50,281 nt of DNA. It comes from Catajapyx aquilonaris (taxonomy: Eukaryota). The translations under genes and the position numbers were made by a program. The notes under the pieces are model-generated. The model worked only from the letters and a program-made list of their open reading frames with translations. It was not told where the DNA came from and ran no database searches. Positions 48,417-50,281 of the stretch are shown in pieces (position 1 is the first letter of the stretch; every line of letters begins with the position of its first letter). The stretch is taken from positions 1 through 50,281 of the forward strand of contig KZ538738.1 in assembly GCA_000934665.2 (NCBI GenBank), written 5' to 3'.

Positions 48417-49019
48417 CAGGTAAAATCTCGTTTTAGCGAATACCAATAAAACGAAATTTCAATAGAACGCAATAAAAATAAAATTTTGGTTGGCCAGCCG
48501 TAAGAGCAATGTATTTGTAATCCCGTTATTACGAATTGCGTTAGTACGAAATTTTCAGTACAACGAGTACGAAAGGTGGTTCCCCGGCTAGTATTGAACC
48601 AGATATAACGAAATATACACTAGTGAAATGCTCCGCCACACGTGCTCCAGCACTGTCTAGTGATAAGCGAGTGTGTGGTCGTGTGTAACACCGTCAACAA
48701 TCATGAAATGTTGGGGTATAAGTTGCATCAAGGGGTCGGCAGTGTCTGTTTTGGGGAGTGCCCAGGACACCGAAGACTCAGATGACCCTGACGACCTGTC
48801 TCTGTGGAGGTCCGTTGCTGAAAGCACCGGAGTGCCGGATGAAGTTACCTTCCACGATATTGTAGCGGCAGATGACGACGTACATGTGTGCCAGGAGTTG
48901 ACAGATTCGGACATACTTGCGGGGGAAATAAAAATAACAAGTCTCGATTTAACGAAATTCCGTTATTACGAAAAGATTTGCCCGGTCCCGTGGGCTTCGT
49001 TGTAACGAGATTTTACCTG
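48417..49019 (+). mobile_element. pogo/Tigger element, internally deleted, with transposase C-terminal remnant
   Basis: TA-caggtaaaatctcgtt...aacgagattttacctg-TA. ORF 48673-49005 (TIMKCW..EVTFHDIVAADDDVHVCQELTDSDIL) resembles the acidic C-terminus of pogo/TIGD transposases. Confidence 0.85.
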
Positions 49020-49159
49020 TATTAAATAAACGGATAGTTAGACAAGTTGTATTCGTCCACATCACCATTTCATGATTTTTACTTACAGTGAGCATATTTA
49101 AAAGAGGCTGTACACCTTGGCAAATCTGAAGAGGAACATTGAAACCACTAATTACAACC

Positions 49160-49418
49160 ATTGATGAAACAATGTTCCACAGGACGTTTGACAGTTTGGA
49201 GCAGTGAGTTAGGTTGTCTCTGGAGCTACGGACGTTAGTGGTGGCCACTTTCAGCACTTACTGTGATGTCATTGCCTTTCGCATTACACATGGAATGTTT
49301 AAAACAAAATACAGTGTCTTTGCTTGTGTTCTGTGTGAATTAGGACGCAACCAGATGCAACCTCACTACTATCTGCTCCAAACTATCAAACGTCCTGTGC
49401 AGCGTCACTTCATGCAAT
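49160..49418. repeat. Degenerate palindromic MITE-like element
   Basis: cacaggacgtttgacagtttggagcag (49178-49204) versus ctgctccaaactatcaaacgtcctgtg (49373-49399) is a 26/27 inverted match, with weaker matches outward. Confidence 0.7.
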
Positions 49419-49419
49419 A

Positions 49420-49640
49420 GGGGGAGGCGGAGTGGTGCTGCGGTAACGTATACTCCAAAGGATGTAGGGGTCCCCGATTCGATCCCAAGCCCAGACTTTC
49501 CCCCTTCATCTCGTGCAGAGTTGGGTCGTCTCTGGCTTCGTCTCGGCTGGGATTCCTTGAGACTAACCACCCGGGGAGTTCACAAAATATACCATATGAG
49601 ACACTGCATTGCACATCCCCTCCTAGTCACCCTGCCTGTG
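49420..49640 (+). mobile_element. tRNA-derived SINE, family A-related, 3'-truncated
   Basis: Head gggggaggcggagtggtgctgcggtaacgt...gattcgatccc and later actgcattgcacatcccctcct resemble the 15668-16016 copy. Confidence 0.65.
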
Positions 49641-49650
49641 GGCCTGGGCG

Positions 49651-49706
49651 CAGGGCCGGCCCTAGGTGGGTGCGGGGCCTAGGGCAAGAACTAAATGCGG
49701 GGCCTA
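49651..49706. mobile_element. Possible hAT-type MITE terminus
   Basis: cagggccggccctagg followed by gcggggcct twice, typical of hAT MITE ends. The partner terminus was not seen. Confidence 0.35.
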
Positions 49707-50281
49707 TTCTCCGTGAGTGAATTTCTGTACAACACGAATTGCGTATCCAACAATTTTGTTGGCTGACTTTCTATAATAACGTACAACTGAGGGGTGTAGA
49801 CAGAAATTGCGTTAAAAAGATTGAAATTGCAAATTTTAAACATTTAATTTTTAAAATTATACACCTTTATTTTTCGCTGGTTTTCACGTATGTTGTAGCC
49901 CTACATGTTAACTACATGTGGCCATATCAGTCCTGTTGGCTAGTATAATACTAAGGAAGATTGGGCCTGTTAAGCGAGACCCCCTCCATATATGTCGTCA
50001 TTATGATGGGTACACCCAACATGCAAATCGCCCCACCTTGCTCAGTGCAAATGTTGATATTCAAGTTGGGATGATCACTGGTGAGAGTACGACACATGTA
50101 AGACTCCTTTGGTAGCCCACACCCCCCTCCCCAAGCAAACCCATGCCTCCCACCCCACAAACACACCTAGCCAATTATAGTTATATTGTAGTGGTCCTGT
50201 TGGCCACATTGTGTTATTGTTGTTGTGTAGCAACAAGAATAGTGTTCAGTCTAGAATAAAATGTTAGAGAGAACTGATGTG

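Noticed and set aside
48949..49257. 102-aa minus-strand ORF
   Set aside because: It runs through a palindromic repeat and the Tigger end. Only the 39-nt segment 49087-49125 has exon-like boundaries.

Overview
Eukaryotic, intron-containing invertebrate genomic DNA, probably arthropod (inferred from the proteins and repeats; the taxon cannot be fixed from the sequence). Three spliced protein-coding genes can be rebuilt by hand with GT-AG junctions and consistent phases. (1) SH3BP5/parcas-like Rab11 GEF on the minus strand, 3909-11804, whose 3' part lies left of the window and which includes a 66-nt cassette-type exon. (2) Complete CED-6/GULP1 PTB-domain engulfment adaptor on the plus strand, 8 coding exons, 31443-39680, 412 aa. 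(3) Complete HDHD2 HAD-IIA hydrolase on the minus strand, 4 coding exons, 43974-46894, 259 aa. The rest is intron and intergenic DNA rich in non-autonomous transposons: mariner, pogo/Tigger, piggyBac-, Harbinger-, Sola- and hAT/P-type elements, three 1-1.6 kb foldback palindromes, and at least three tRNA-derived SINE families, often nested and with readable target-site duplications (TSDs). I see no CRISPR array, rRNA, or clearly new multi-gene system. The best leads are putative multi-exon uORF-bearing (possibly bicistronic) leaders on HDHD2 and SH3BP5, a foldback built from two mariner 3' halves inside HDHD2, V-domain and tail-sharing SINEs, and an intronic tRNA-like cloverleaf with an enlarged anticodon loop.
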